Shown in pieces: positions 20,935 to 33,045 of a stretch of DNA of 64,000 nt. Source of the stretch: Hemiscyllium ocellatum (taxonomy: Eukaryota); NCBI RefSeq assembly GCF_020745735.1, contig NC_083450.1, positions 4,605,479 through 4,669,478 of the forward strand, written 5' to 3'. A model generated the notes under the pieces. The model had not been told where the DNA came from and made no database searches. It saw nothing but the letters and a program-made list of their open reading frames with translations. Within the stretch, counting starts at the first letter, position 1, and the number at the start of each line of letters is the position of its first letter. The position numbers and the translations under genes were made by a program.

Positions 20935-22639
20935 ATATAATAGAGTTGCTCACGTGAATATTTGGAATTCGAAGTCAGGTGTTGAATGATGGAATCATGT
21001 GCAGGTTACATTTCCCAGAAATTGCACCCGATTGACAGAGAGCAGTGCATCTGAATTTTGTGTCACATCCCTCTGGTGACTGAGACTGGATTCACAACAC
21101 ACCTGTTAAGCAATTTTTCCATTTGATAATTGAAAGGAGAGGTAAATTCCAGGTAAAATACCTCTGTCCGACTAAGAGGGGGATTTCCAGATGTATCCAT
21201 TTACATTTTCAACTGCTAGCTTTTTGATACAATTTTTTTTGCTTATCGTGACAGTGACGCACAGCCGACACAATAGGCCTGGCCACTGTTGCGTGGATTG
21301 AATGAGGACAACAGATTATCGAGTTGGTAAAAAGGGTGAAAGAAGCAAATTCAACAAGACATTTCAATCGATGAATTAAATAAATATTTGTACAAGGGCA
21401 GGGGCTTCTTGTAGAATCGTGGAATCGACCATTCAAGGTGCTGACACAGCCATAGGTGTCCAAATGATACCTTCTATGCTGCATTGGCCTAAGAATGTAT
21501 GAAACGTGCTAGAGGGTGAGGGAGTGGGAAATAAGAGGAAATTTGACTTGTACTTCACTATAAATTTTAACATATTTTCCCAGACTGGGAGCAATTCCCC
21601 AAAAGTCTCCTTGGAGTCAGGATTTCGAGGTAAAGGAAGAAAAAAAGAAAGCAGGTCTCACGTGAAAATCCAGATGGAATTCGATCCAAGAGGATTTATG
21701 GAGGAAACCGGATCTGCAAGAGATCTCACAGCTCTGTTGCAATCAGTTGGAGCCTTGCAAACACTGAGGCTGTGGTTTTAACTTCACTTTTGACTTTGTG
21801 AAGTCATTTTGTTGCATGTAACTGACTGGACTACTGTGGACTTAATTCAAGCTGTAATTTCCAAGTAATTCAGATAAAATAAACTGTGACGTTTATTGGA
21901 TTGATATCTTGCTCCTAAAATACGAAGAGCTGCAGAATGCAAATATAAACTCCAAGAGCGCTTATCTGAAGAGTGGAGAAAAATTGGACTGAACTGACAG
22001 CCTTGAGATGCGTGATTTAGACATGGAGGTCATTTCTGACATGGTGTTCACTGTCTGAACCAGCGGTTTCATTCCATTCACCACCGCTCTTTCCATGTAA
22101 TCTGACCACTCCAAGTACCTGCTTTTGACGTTTACTTCTTATTGTCGTTGTTTAACAAAAAAAATCTCACAAATTTAAAATTAGCAACCAATCCAACGTG
22201 CAATGCCGAGTATGAAAGATTGTTCCCAACCTCCAACACCTTTTATGTGTTGAAGTACTTGGTAAAATCCCACCCGACTGGTATGCCCCTAATTCTCAAA
22301 CTAACACGCCCCCCACCCCACTTCTAGAATCCCTAACCAGTGGAAATAATGTAACTTTATCTACCCCATCCTTTCCTGTTAATATCTTATCCTGGATGAG
22401 GTGGGACAGGACAAAGAACCACCTCACTCCCACCACACCATCCTCAGAAGCTCATTGTCCCTCATCCAGGCGCCAAAGCTGGGGACTCCAAATCTCACTG
22501 GGATTCTGCTGTTGCTGTGAGAGAAGTTGTGAACATTACTGAATGAATGGTGCTCTGTGTGCATGTGGTGCAAATACATGTCTAAGCAGTAAAACTGGGC
22601 CCAGAGAGACTGCTCTCTGCGGTTTCCTGTTTACTACAA

Positions 22640-22692
22640 TCAGTGTGCTGCCCCTGACTCAGCGTGTGCTTTGCACAGTGCACCTGCTATCT
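22640..22692 (-). promoter_or_regulatory. Enhancer-like core (AP-1/ARE TGACTCAGC, E-box GCACCTGC, GATA), inverted copy
   Basis: 49/53 identical to the reverse complement of 59197-59249; flanking homology spans roughly 22440-22830. Confidence 0.6.
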
Positions 22693-23039
22693 CGTCTTCT
22701 CTCTTCAGCAGACACAGCCGTTGGCTTAACGTTGTAAGAAGGTGGCTGAGGCACCTGGAAAGATGAAAGAATTGATAAAATCAACACCAGAAATTAGAGA
22801 AAAACGGAGAGAGTAAGCAGGTTGAAATATTCTTTCGGTAATTATCATGAAACACAGGTCATTCGGCCCCTCCCTTTCCTCTAGTTTCTTTGCTCCTTAG
22901 AAACTCTTGTCAATGACCATGCCCGACTCTTCCTCTCTTCCTCATGCAATTATACAGCGTCCACTATAAAACTATTTTTGCCTATTCACTTTGTTGTCTC
23001 CCCTGCAGAATGATTCTCATTTCCTGCTCGCTCCCTTTG

Positions 23040-23330
23040 CCAACTAGTACCCCATCCCCATGGGAAAGAGTCCCCAGTTCTCCCCAGTCCTCGTGGGAAC
23101 AAGTCCCCCATTCTCTCCACACTGGGGAGTCCCACATTCTAGCCCACTGCCCATCGGAGTTAATCCTCCATTCACCCATTTCGCCCACTCCCTTTGGGAG
23201 CGAGTTACCCACTCACGGTGGCAGTGAGACCCATACCATGCCCACTCTCCATCAGAATGAGTTCCCTACTTCACACAACTGTCAGGGTGAAATTCTCCCA
23301 GTTTTCCCATTGGGATCATTGGCGTCATAG
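23040..23330 (+). repeat. C-rich ~30-bp degenerate tandem repeat (approx. cccactcccgtgggagcgagtcccccattct)
   Basis: Same family and orientation as 58650-58900. Confidence 0.75.
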
Positions 23331-23907
23331 CTCTTGCATCTCCACCCCCCACTTCCGATCTCAACGCACACCAAACCCCACAACTGAAAAATTTTACGCT
23401 AAGGTAAGAGTGGACCGGTTTCTTTGAGTTATATCTGTAACAACCTGAGCAAAAACTAACATAAAAGCAAGCTCCGAGACATGATTTGCAAATGTGATTG
23501 AAACAAAATAGGGCTTTGCAAAAAGTCCCTCAGATCTGAGATCTGGGTTAAGGTGAATTTTGGAAAAAGATGCTGTTGTCACGCCTGGGTACATTTGAGT
23601 AATTTGACTCCATGCATTTTTTAATTCACCACTTTGAGAGCCGAGTTGATTTTATTGTACAAGGTGCCTTGCTAGTGGAATAATTTAGAAGGGAAATCTT
23701 CACACCAGTCAATCGCATCAAAATGCTAGCTTCAATCACATCTAATGGTCACAAAAATAAAATAAAATTATGCATACCCTTTTTAAAACAGAGCAAATTA
23801 TCTCTGTATTGGTAAAATACGATAATCCTCTGGCATTAAAATGTTTGCTCAATTTCTAATACAACTGCAAAAGCTGCTGATTCTACAATGCTTCCTGAAA
23901 GAGTTCT

Positions 23908-23976
23908 ACCAGCCACAGTCTTGTCTGAAAACAGGAAATAGACCAGCCACAGTCTTGTCTAAAAACAGGAAATAGA
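23908..23976 (+). repeat. 34-bp tandem duplication, each unit containing the ETS-like CAGGAAAT
   Basis: accagccacagtcttgtct(g/a)aaaacaggaaatag x2. Confidence 0.85.
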
Positions 23977-24589
23977 ACAGGATAGACATAAACACAGTAA
24001 AAAGCTAAGGGTGGGTGATCATCGGGCTGATCTGTGTTGCAGAAAGATCACCCAATACTCTGAGAAAATGACCAGGACACGCAGAAAACCCTTCACCAAG
24101 TTAAACTTTCATTTGCAAATACAAGCTGCATCAGAAAATCAGAAAACGTCTTTCCTGTCTTTTCTCATTTCCTCTCTTACCTGGTAGCATTAGGATAACC
24201 AATCATACCAGCTTGTTTTGTCTTTCTAAACTAATCACCTTGGGCCACACTGGTCTAACGCTTACAGTTAACCTATCACATTACACCACCATCGTCTTAG
24301 CATTAGTTCATCTATAACGTGATTTAAATAGCCTATCATACCTGAGTCCTGCAATATCATCCTATGCATGCATTATACCAATAAGTTAATGACGTGACTG
24401 CCAAATTAACTTCCATACATTCCGTACCTGTTGCTTGGGAAACCCTACAATCGCTTGGTTCATGTTTTCTCCATTCTCACAGGGAGTATTGTGGATGAAG
24501 TTCCAGACGAGCATGGCACGCCATAAATGCATTTGTTTATTCATTTTAATCTTAGTCGAGGTTATGACTCCGTGACTGGTAGACTCTCG

Positions 24590-24930
24590 AGAAAATCAGC
24601 ACGCTGCAAAGATTAAGCAGAGAGTTTCCTGTTAATGGATTCAGAGGTCAGAATCGACATTTGCTGGATATCTCTGTAGCCTGATATATATTTTCATCCT
24701 GCATCTGGCTGACGCTGTGATTGATACATATCCTTATTCTGCTGCTGGGCGGCGCAGTCACTGGCGTACATCCTGATCCACATCGCTGGGTCTCTCTGCG
24801 ACTGATATATAGCTTTATGCTCACCGCTGGATGTCGCTGTGACTGATATATGTCCTCACCTCTGCCGCGGGTCGGTCCTTTGACTGAAACATGTCTACAT
24901 TCCTGCTGCTGGGCGATTCTGAAACTGATA
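24590..24930 (+). promoter_or_regulatory. Cassette boundary element A: ~40-45 bp units with CTCF-like motifs
   Basis: CTGCTGGGCGGCGC (24742), CCGCTGGATGTCGC (24824), recurring ctgatatat...cctca; homologous to 38800-39145 and 63790-64000. Confidence 0.55.
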
Positions 24931-26024
24931 TACAGGAAATGTGGTCCTGTTAGAGTGATGAATAAGGCTGGTAGGAGGAGGGAACAATAGATCAATAGAT
25001 GTTGGTCAAGAATAAGAAGGAAGCATATGTCAGGTACAGACAACTGGGCTTGTGAACCTCTTGAAGAGAATAAGGGAACAGAAGTATTCTTTCTTGGCAG
25101 ATAAGTTTAAGGAAATCCAAGGAGATTCTATAAAAAATGTTGTCAGCAAAAGGCAGAGGAAACATGGGAACACAACCACCTGCAAGATCCCCTCGAAGCC
25201 ACACATTCTAACTTCAATATATATCCACCATTCCTTCAATGTCACCTTGTCAAAATTCCAGCAAGCACTCCCTAAAAGCACCATGGATGTCGCTCCGTAC
25301 TACACAGGTACTGTGAGGGTTCTAGAAGGTGGCTCATCATCTCTGGCTCAAGGGGAAGCTAGCATTAGGTAATAACCGTTTGCACAGCCAGGAACGCCCA
25401 CTTCCCCTGAAATTGCAAAGTAAAAATAAACATGTGGAAGCTTGCTGAACACAGATTGGTTGCCATGTCGGTGTCACCTTAAAATGACAACACGACTAAA
25501 AAGTGATTCATTGGCTGTAAAGCACGTTGGGGCATGCCAAAGTTCTGAACGGTGCTATCCCAATGCAAGTTCTCCCCCTTGATCTAACTGAGCAGCAATA
25601 CATCAGACATGACATTGTGAAGGACAATAAGTTGAACTGAAAATCGAAGGGAACAAAGGAAGTGCTACTGACAGCCTTTGACCAACACTGATTTTAGAAG
25701 TGCTTCATTTTCTCTAAAGCAAAAATACTATAAAAGTTCAATTAGGATTGATAAATGCAGCCCTTGGCGACGGCGTGGCGGGGAATTTACTAGAAAGGGA
25801 CAAGGGATGAGGGTCTTCAGTTTAAATTTCGCCCTCTTCCTCCTTGCTCATGAAACCCTTCATGAATGTAAATTTGCACATGTCAATCTCCTTCAAGACA
25901 CAGATGTTTGCCCTGTCCTTTAGCAACAGGCCATTAATTCTCAGAAGAAAAAATACATATGATTTCTCCAGACCCTTTCCTGGGTTTTTTAAAGGACTTT
26001 GTATCAATTCAAGAACTTTTCAAA

Positions 26025-29000
26025 ACTGGTGGACGGTACAGAGATGGGGAGGGGTGAAGGGGCTGATGGAGGTGAAAGAGGTAGTGAGGGACGAATGGGC
26101 TAGAGGATGGAACAGATTGGGAAGGTTTGAGAGTTTGGAGGAGGTTGCAGGTACAGGGAGTAGCGTAACCACTAGAAAACGAGATAGGTAGGCATTTATA
26201 TTTGGAAAAGGCTTCAGAGATAGGGAAGGATGTAGGATCTGCAGGAGATTTAAGAGCCAGGGAGTGATATAGGAGCTGGAGCGACTTCAGAGGTATGAAA
26301 GGCTGTAGGTGCTGGTGGAGGCAATTGACATGGGCGGTCTGTGGAGGTTGGACGAATTTACACATAAAGGGAGGTTATATAAAGGGATGTGACAGAGATA
26401 GGGAAAGGTATAGGGCCTAGACGAGGTGATAGAGATAGAGAGGGGTGTTGGAGCTATAGGAGGTAACAAGGAATGGGTGGGCATAGAGGAGCCGATGGAG
26501 TTGACAGATGTAAGGTCTGGAGGAAGTAACAGAAATAAGGAGGCTGGAGGGATGATGGAGTTACAGACGTAAGGAGGCGTGTAGGAGATGGAGGAGATTA
26601 CTGAGACGGGGATGGGTTTGAGGGTTGGTGGAAGTCAGAGTGATAGGTAGATATTTAGGGGCTGGAATGAGTGAAAGATATAGTGAGGGGTATAGGTTCT
26701 TGAGGAGCTCACAGATTTAGTGAGAGATTGCAGAGTTTGGAGTAGATTAAAGTGATAAGCATTTTTCAATGTGATGGCGGAGGCTACGGTATAGGGAGCG
26801 GAGTAGGTTAGAGTTGCTGAAAGAGTTAGGATGCATGTAGGGACTGGAGTTAGTGATAGAGACAGCTCAATAGTGTAGTGGTTGGAGGAGAGCACAGAGA
26901 CTTGGAGTATCTCCATGTAGGGATAGAAGGCGTTACAGTAATAGGGAGTGATATAATGTTGGAAGAGATTGCAAATATTGCCAATGTTGTAGATGCTGGA
27001 AGAGATGACAGAGATTGGCTGGAGTTGGTAATAGCGATTTGGAGGATTGTTGTGGATGAAAAATATTGTTAGAAGTGGAGAGGGTTGCATAGATATGGAG
27101 AGGTGTCAGGTCTGATGGAGATCACAAGGGAAGGATATGGGGACCTCTAGTGGGTACAGAGACATTGAGAGCTGCAGGTGCTGGAGGCATTAAAAGAAAT
27201 AGGGAGGAATATGGGGTCTGCAGGAAATCGCAGAGATAGGGAAGTATAGAGGATCTGGAGATGGGTCTGGAGAAAGGGTGGGATATTGGGACTGGAGGAG
27301 GTGACAGTGGTGAAGATGGGTTTAGGGGCTGAAAATTGTTACAAATATGGGAGAGCATGGTTAGGAGTAGATTGCAGGATATGGAGAATTTTTAAGGTTG
27401 GAGGAGATGACAGAGTTAGGGAGGGGTTTAGTGGCTGAAGAAGTTTACAGTGGCGTAGGGATTGGAGGGGTGACTGAAGATAGAGACGGGTGTACCAACT
27501 GGGGAAGGAGAAAGAGATAGGGAGTGGTGAAGAGGCTGTAGAAGGTTACAGCAATAAGCGGGGAATAAGGGCGATTCGATATTTCTGCAGAATCATATTG
27601 TGACTAGCGGTAGTTATATGATTAGGAGAGGGTGCAGGCACTGGAGATATTTTCAGAAATTACAAGGAACCTAGAGTCTGGCAGAAGTGAAAGAGATAGA
27701 GGAGGATGTGGGAATTGTATTAGGGGATGGAGATTGTTTGGGATAATGGGTTGGAGAAGGTGGCAGAGATAGGCTTGGGATCCAAGGCTAAAGGAGATAG
27801 GGAGGGGCTCAGGAACTGGAGGAGGACCTGTTGATAGGGTGGAGAGTAGGAATTAGAGGAGGCAACAGAGACTTGGAGAAGTTCCAGGTCTGGAGGTGGT
27901 TACAGAGATAGGGATGGACATCAGATCGCAAGAAGCTTGCAGTGAAATTGAGTTGGCTACGGCCTGCAGGGGTTAGCAGAGCTAGGGAGTGGTATAGGGA
28001 CTTAAGGGTTTGATAGGGATGGAAATGGTCTGTAGGGGCTGGAAGATGTAACAGAGATATAGACTCAAGTAGGGGCTGGCGGAAGTGACGGAAATGAGGA
28101 GGGCTATAGTGGTAGATGGGGTTATGGAGTTAAAATGGGGTCTAGGAGATGAAGGAGTTTACAGAGAAAGGGAGGGGTTTGGTAAATGGAGGAAATCAGA
28201 GTGATAAGGAGAGATTCCGGTCTGGAGGGAATACAGAAATAGTGATGGGTATGTATTCCTGAGGAAGTTGCAGAGTTCCGAGAAGCTGTCGGGGCTCAAT
28301 TACATTAAGAGATAGGCACAGTCGTGTGTGCTGGTGGAGCACCGATATTGAGAGTGATATGTGGCTGGAGGTGTTCACAGAGATGGAGATAGGTATGGGG
28401 CAGATGTTGGTGACAGAGACAGGTGAGAAGTGTAGTGGCTGATGAACGTCACAGAGGTAAGGACGGATATAGGGTTGGGTGGGATTAAAGTAATAGGGAG
28501 CGGTGTAAGCATTGGAGGAGGTTACAAAGACTGTGAATGCTTTGGATGCTGTAGGAGGTGACAGAGATTGGGAGGGGTTGTATGGCTGCTGATGCTTAAA
28601 GAGATAGGGCGGATTGTTGTGGATGGAGATGATTGGATAGACATTGAGACATGTAGGGTCTCATGGAGAGTACAAAGAAGCTATATAAGACCTCAGGTGG
28701 TTACAGAGCTACGGAAAGGGTGTAGGTACTGGAGGCAATCACAGAAATAGGGAAGAATCTAAGTTTGGCAGGAAGTAGCAGAGCTAGGGAAGGGTGTAGG
28801 GACTGGCGAAGGATATGGATATTGGATGAGACATAGGGGCTGCACGAGGTGACCATGGTATAGAGGGGATTAGGAGCTGGAAGATTTTACAGCGATTGAA
28901 CGGGGCCTAGGTGCTGGAGGAGGTGATAGGGAGAGTTTCAGGGACTGGAGATTTACACTGTGAAATATTGGGTTCAGCGAATGAAGGAGATTACAGAGAT

Positions 29001-29630
29001 AGGGATTAGTTAAGTGTCTTGAGGATATGTTATAGAGGTGGGTAGGGGTTCAGCAGTGATTGGCGATATCTGGGGAACAATATTGGGACCTGAGGTGGTT
29101 ATAGAGATAGAGTCTGGAAGAGATAACAGAAGTACTGAGTGACCAAGGAGGTGATTGGAATAAGGAATGATGTAGTGGTTGGAGGAGATTGCGAGAATTG
29201 TACATGCTTGAGGTGGTTACTGAAAGACGAACGGGTGTAGGGGCTTGTTGAGGTGACAGAGTTAGGAAGGAGTGTTGGAGCCAGAGCGTGTTAAAGACAT
29301 AGGGAGGTGTTTCGGGAATGGAGGGTGTATCACAGACATTGTGTGCTTTAGGATCTATGGAGTGTTATTGGAAGGGGTGTAAGCGTTGGAGTAGAATATT
29401 ACAGAGATAGGAGGTGTGCTGAAGCTGGATGGAGTAACAGAAATGGAGAGAGAGGGAGGGAATGTAAGGTGTAACACAAATATGGAGCATTAAATGGCTG
29501 TAGAATGTTACAGAGATAGCGAAGGTTGTCAGAATGAATGAGCGAAAGCTGGAGTGAGATCCAATGTGGGGCTTGAGTGATTGGGAACAGGAGTGAAATG
29601 CAGAATAAGAGAGTACAAAGGACAAACATT
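26025..29630 (+). repeat. G/A-rich degenerate minisatellite, copy 2
   Basis: Same unit and strand skew as 1-1840. Confidence 0.85.
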
Positions 29631-29634
29631 AGGA

Positions 29635-30262
29635 GCCCTCTTCGATTATTTTGAGGGACCAATCTATCACGTGTGTGCTTGTGTAAGTGTGTGACATGTC
29701 TGACAAGAGGTTCTGCACTTTCCATCTTGTTCATGGGGAAGCTACAGCCACCTATGTGATGTATTGGACCTGACGACTGATGCCTGTGCTGTTGTTGCTG
29801 CTGCTGTGATAAGAGGTTTCAGTTCCTCCGCCGACATGACCCCCTTCTGCCCTTCCATCTGGAATGAGTAAACGTGCCACCAGCAGCTCCTTCACAAACA
29901 GGGCAAAAACAGCATCGCTTTGGCTCTTGGAAGCGAAACTAAAGCATTCGAAATGCCATCCAAGTCACCAGAGATGAGTGTCTGCGCTGCGTGAAGCTCA
30001 GAAGCAGCCTGGGGGTCAGCTGTTCGACCATGTGAATCATCAGTGGGTGGCCATTAAGGACTGCTAAATGGCTGGTGTTGTGGTACAGTTGCTTTCAACT
30101 CAACAAAGCTTATAATGCAACCGATGATTCCATCTAAGAAAGCGGCGGCCGTGCAGTCTATCAACCTGGCATTCAGTTTAATCATGATTGATTGCATCGC
30201 AACTCCACCTTCCTAGTCCACGTCCCTCGACTCACTGAGTGTGCAAAATTCTACCCATTAGA
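29635..30262. other. Unidentified conserved element X, copy 2
   Basis: Homologous to 1845-2510; minus frame ...AVFALFVKELL...GHVGGGTETS...RHVTHLHKHT with stops/frameshifts. Confidence 0.7.
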
Positions 30263-30999
30263 ATCTTCTATAGACAAAGAGAATACTACAAGTTCACCAG
30301 GCTCTGAAATAAAGAATTTCTTTCATCTCAAACCAAATTGGCTGCTCTCTTATGCTGGAACAGCTTCTCGCTTTTCCAGTCAGTAGTTGGGATATGGTTG
30401 GGTGTTGCTAATTTGGGAGGTGGGGAAGCACAATCTGTTCACATCGACTAAGTTAAACCTCTCAAAGTTTGTTGTCTTTCAATGGGATGTTCTCTCTTTC
30501 CTCTACTAGTGAGAAGTTATAGGCCCACTCTTCTCTTGGGACACCCCTTTCTCCCCAAGTCCCAACCCTTACCGAAATAATCTGTTTTTGTATTCCTCTA
30601 ACTAAAGTGGATAATTCCACATTTACCCATATCCAAGTCCGCCTACGACTTCCTTACGCAATTGGTAATGGAGTCTATATCCTTTTCCAGCCTTGCTGTT
30701 CCACCTTAAAGCCTACTCTCCCCCAGAGATTTGGATCTTTATTTCCTCCTTCCGTCGAGTTCTCTTCACTGATAGTTGCATCATTGCTAATTTAAAATCA
30801 TTGTAATTTAGAGGGCAGCAGTGCATTGTGTACAACAACAGTTCTGACTCAACACACAGCTGTGACCTGTTTTCTGAAAAAGACATGATAAATATTTTGA
30901 AAATAATTAAGAGTTAATCAAAAATTGAAGCCACAAAGTCATAAAGGTCTCCAAGATAGACATTTGCCCTTTGACCAATCAAGTCAGCACCACGCAAGT

Positions 31000-31258
31000 C
31001 AGTGGTTAGCACTGCTGCCTTACAGTGCTAGATACCCGGGTTCAATTCCCGCCTCAGGCGACTGACTGTGTGGAGTTTGCACATTCTCCCCGTGTCTGCG
31101 TGGGTTTCCTCTGGGTGCTCCGGTTTCCTCCCACAGTCCAAAGATGCGCAGGTCAGGTGAATTGGCCATGCTGAATTGCCTGTAGTGTTAGTGGAATGGG
31201 GGAGGACTTGTTGGGCTTGTTGGGCCGAAAGGCCTGTTTCCACACTGAAAATAATCTA
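31000..31258 (+). mobile_element. Shark tRNA-derived SINE
   Basis: agtggttagcactgctgcc...gggttcaattccc...gtttccacactg. Confidence 0.9.
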
Positions 31259-31990
31259 TTCTCGTTCCATTTTATGGTACTGAACAGGACTAGTGCATAA
31301 CTAAATTCTACTTCAATGTGATGAGACTTCTGTCTCTACCATCCTTACAAGCTGTGAGTTCCAGATACCCACCACGCTCAGGCCTCATATGTCCTTGAAA
31401 TCTCCTGCGCCTTACCTCAAATCTACGTCCTCTGGTCAATATGGACGGATTGGGCCGCGTTATGGGCCTATATGACTTCTTGACTCTATGACACCAAGGA
31501 AGCACAGAGAAAGAAAAGATTAGTGCATTTTCTCAAATGCATGTTTTCAAGAGGAGTTGGAAATAGTTCTTAGGTCTAAAGAGTTGGAAGGGCATTGGGA
31601 GACAGAGAACTGGGGATAGAGTTGGAGGATCAGCCATGATCCTATTGCGTGGCAGAGCAGGTGTTGAAAGGTCAAAAAGTTTACATTTGCACCTATTTGC
31701 TATCTTCTTATGATTAGAAAGTCCAATGGCACATTGAACATTTGTAAACCCGAAAGTTCAGATTATGGACAACCATATAAGAAGCCAGTAAGAGATCGAC
31801 GGAAGCCCAAGGTGTTGATTTGCCTGGTTTCTGCCCCTTCAGTTGCATTTTGGTCAATAAATAGAGCTGGGAGAGCCCTCTCCATTTTCCCGACACTAGG
31901 TGAGGAGGGGCTCCCAGGGGTTTACAGCAAACGTTTCCACTGAGGGCAGCACCCGCAAAATTGGCTGTTTCAGTGCATCCTCCAGTGGAA

Positions 31991-32039
31991 ATGTTTCCGA
32001 CGCCGCACCTGCTGTGGGCTCTGCTGCTCCGTGTGACAG
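31991..32039 (+). pseudogene. IgL cluster 2 leader exon MFPTPHLLWALLLRVT(G)
   Basis: 49 nt, donor |gtcagg; upstream octamer mutated to AGTTGCAT at 31841-31848. Confidence 0.9.
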
Positions 32040-32146
32040 GTCAGGAATTGCTCTGGGTTAACGTATATTTGTGAAACACTGGTCGGTTTTGTTTCACACC
32101 AGCTGGCAAAATAATTCAACGCACGCATGCATTTCCTCAATTGTAG

Positions 32147-32364
32147 GTACTTTGGCTGTTCCGGTTCTCAGTCAGAGTCCGGTGTCCGACCCACTCTCCG
32201 CCGGTCAGACGGCCCAATTCAAGTGTGCTATACAGAACGGTGATGTGGGCAGCTGCCAGGTGCATTGGTACAGTCAGACTCCCGGAGAAGCCCCGGTGTG
32301 GGTGATCATGCAAGTGACAATAACATTTTTAGAGGCACCGGTTTCACAGACGATTTCCAACCTT
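32147..32364 (+). pseudogene. IgL cluster 2 truncated V (FR1 to start of FR3), 1-nt frameshift, ends at poly-G
   Basis: GTLAVPVLSQSPVSDPLSAGQTAQFKCAIQNGDVGSCQVHWYSQTPGEAPVWVI[fs]HASDNNIFRGTGFTDDFQP, then a G run; no downstream J or C found. Confidence 0.92.
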
Positions 32365-33045
32365 GGGGGGGGGGGGGCGGGGGGGGGGGGGTGTGGAGTG
32401 GGAGAGGGGAGGGAGGTGTTGGTCAACTTTAGTTTTGTTTGCAACAGGAACAAAACATTCTAATGTATTGAACTTCACAATTTTAAAACTTGAATCAGGT
32501 AATAGCCCACAGCTCGCTATTTTCTTTTAGGAAGTGTCCCACGCAGGTCAATCTCTCCTGATTAGTCTAACCTCCCAATTCTGTCACTGATCTTGTCAAT
32601 GATAGCCCCTTTCAGGGTGCCTCTGTAATTTTGACAGATGTACTCTGGACTCTGTATCTTCATACAGTCTAACTAACAAGAGTTGATTGTGGGTAAAACA
32701 TGCGCCGAGTCAGGAGCTGCAAGCTGAGGGTCATAAACCGGCAACCCACAGAAAGATCTCTATCTCAGTTCTGTTTCCCACACCAGTCCTATTCACACAC
32801 ACGCGCGCGCGCAGATGCAAGCATACAAGCCCAACTTAAGCTCAGCCCCTTGGTGATGGATAATGAGCTCGCCCTAGAAGTGGGGCACTCGTTCCCTCTC
32901 ATCTCATCCAAAGTGAGTTATCCCTAATTCCACAGAGAAACTCGTGCAGGTTTTACTAAAGGCAGTGAGGGAATATTGTTCCCATTGGAGAGAGGGTCGA
33001 TAACAAGGTTTGGGTAGAGGAAGGGAATTCAGAAATGACTGTTTT

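Noticed and set aside
21560-21781. Acceptor-like tttcccag|actg followed by a short ORF, as an alternative last exon of the VJC1-like gene
   Set aside because: It lies beyond a good polyA signal, no frame gives a recognisable signalling motif, and there is no independent support.
22674-22712. CACAGTG heptamer in the enhancer-like element (also 59209-59215 on minus) as a kappa-deleting-element-like RSS
   Set aside because: No acceptable nonamer at 12 or 23 bp in either copy; the heptamer abuts the E-box and is explained by it.
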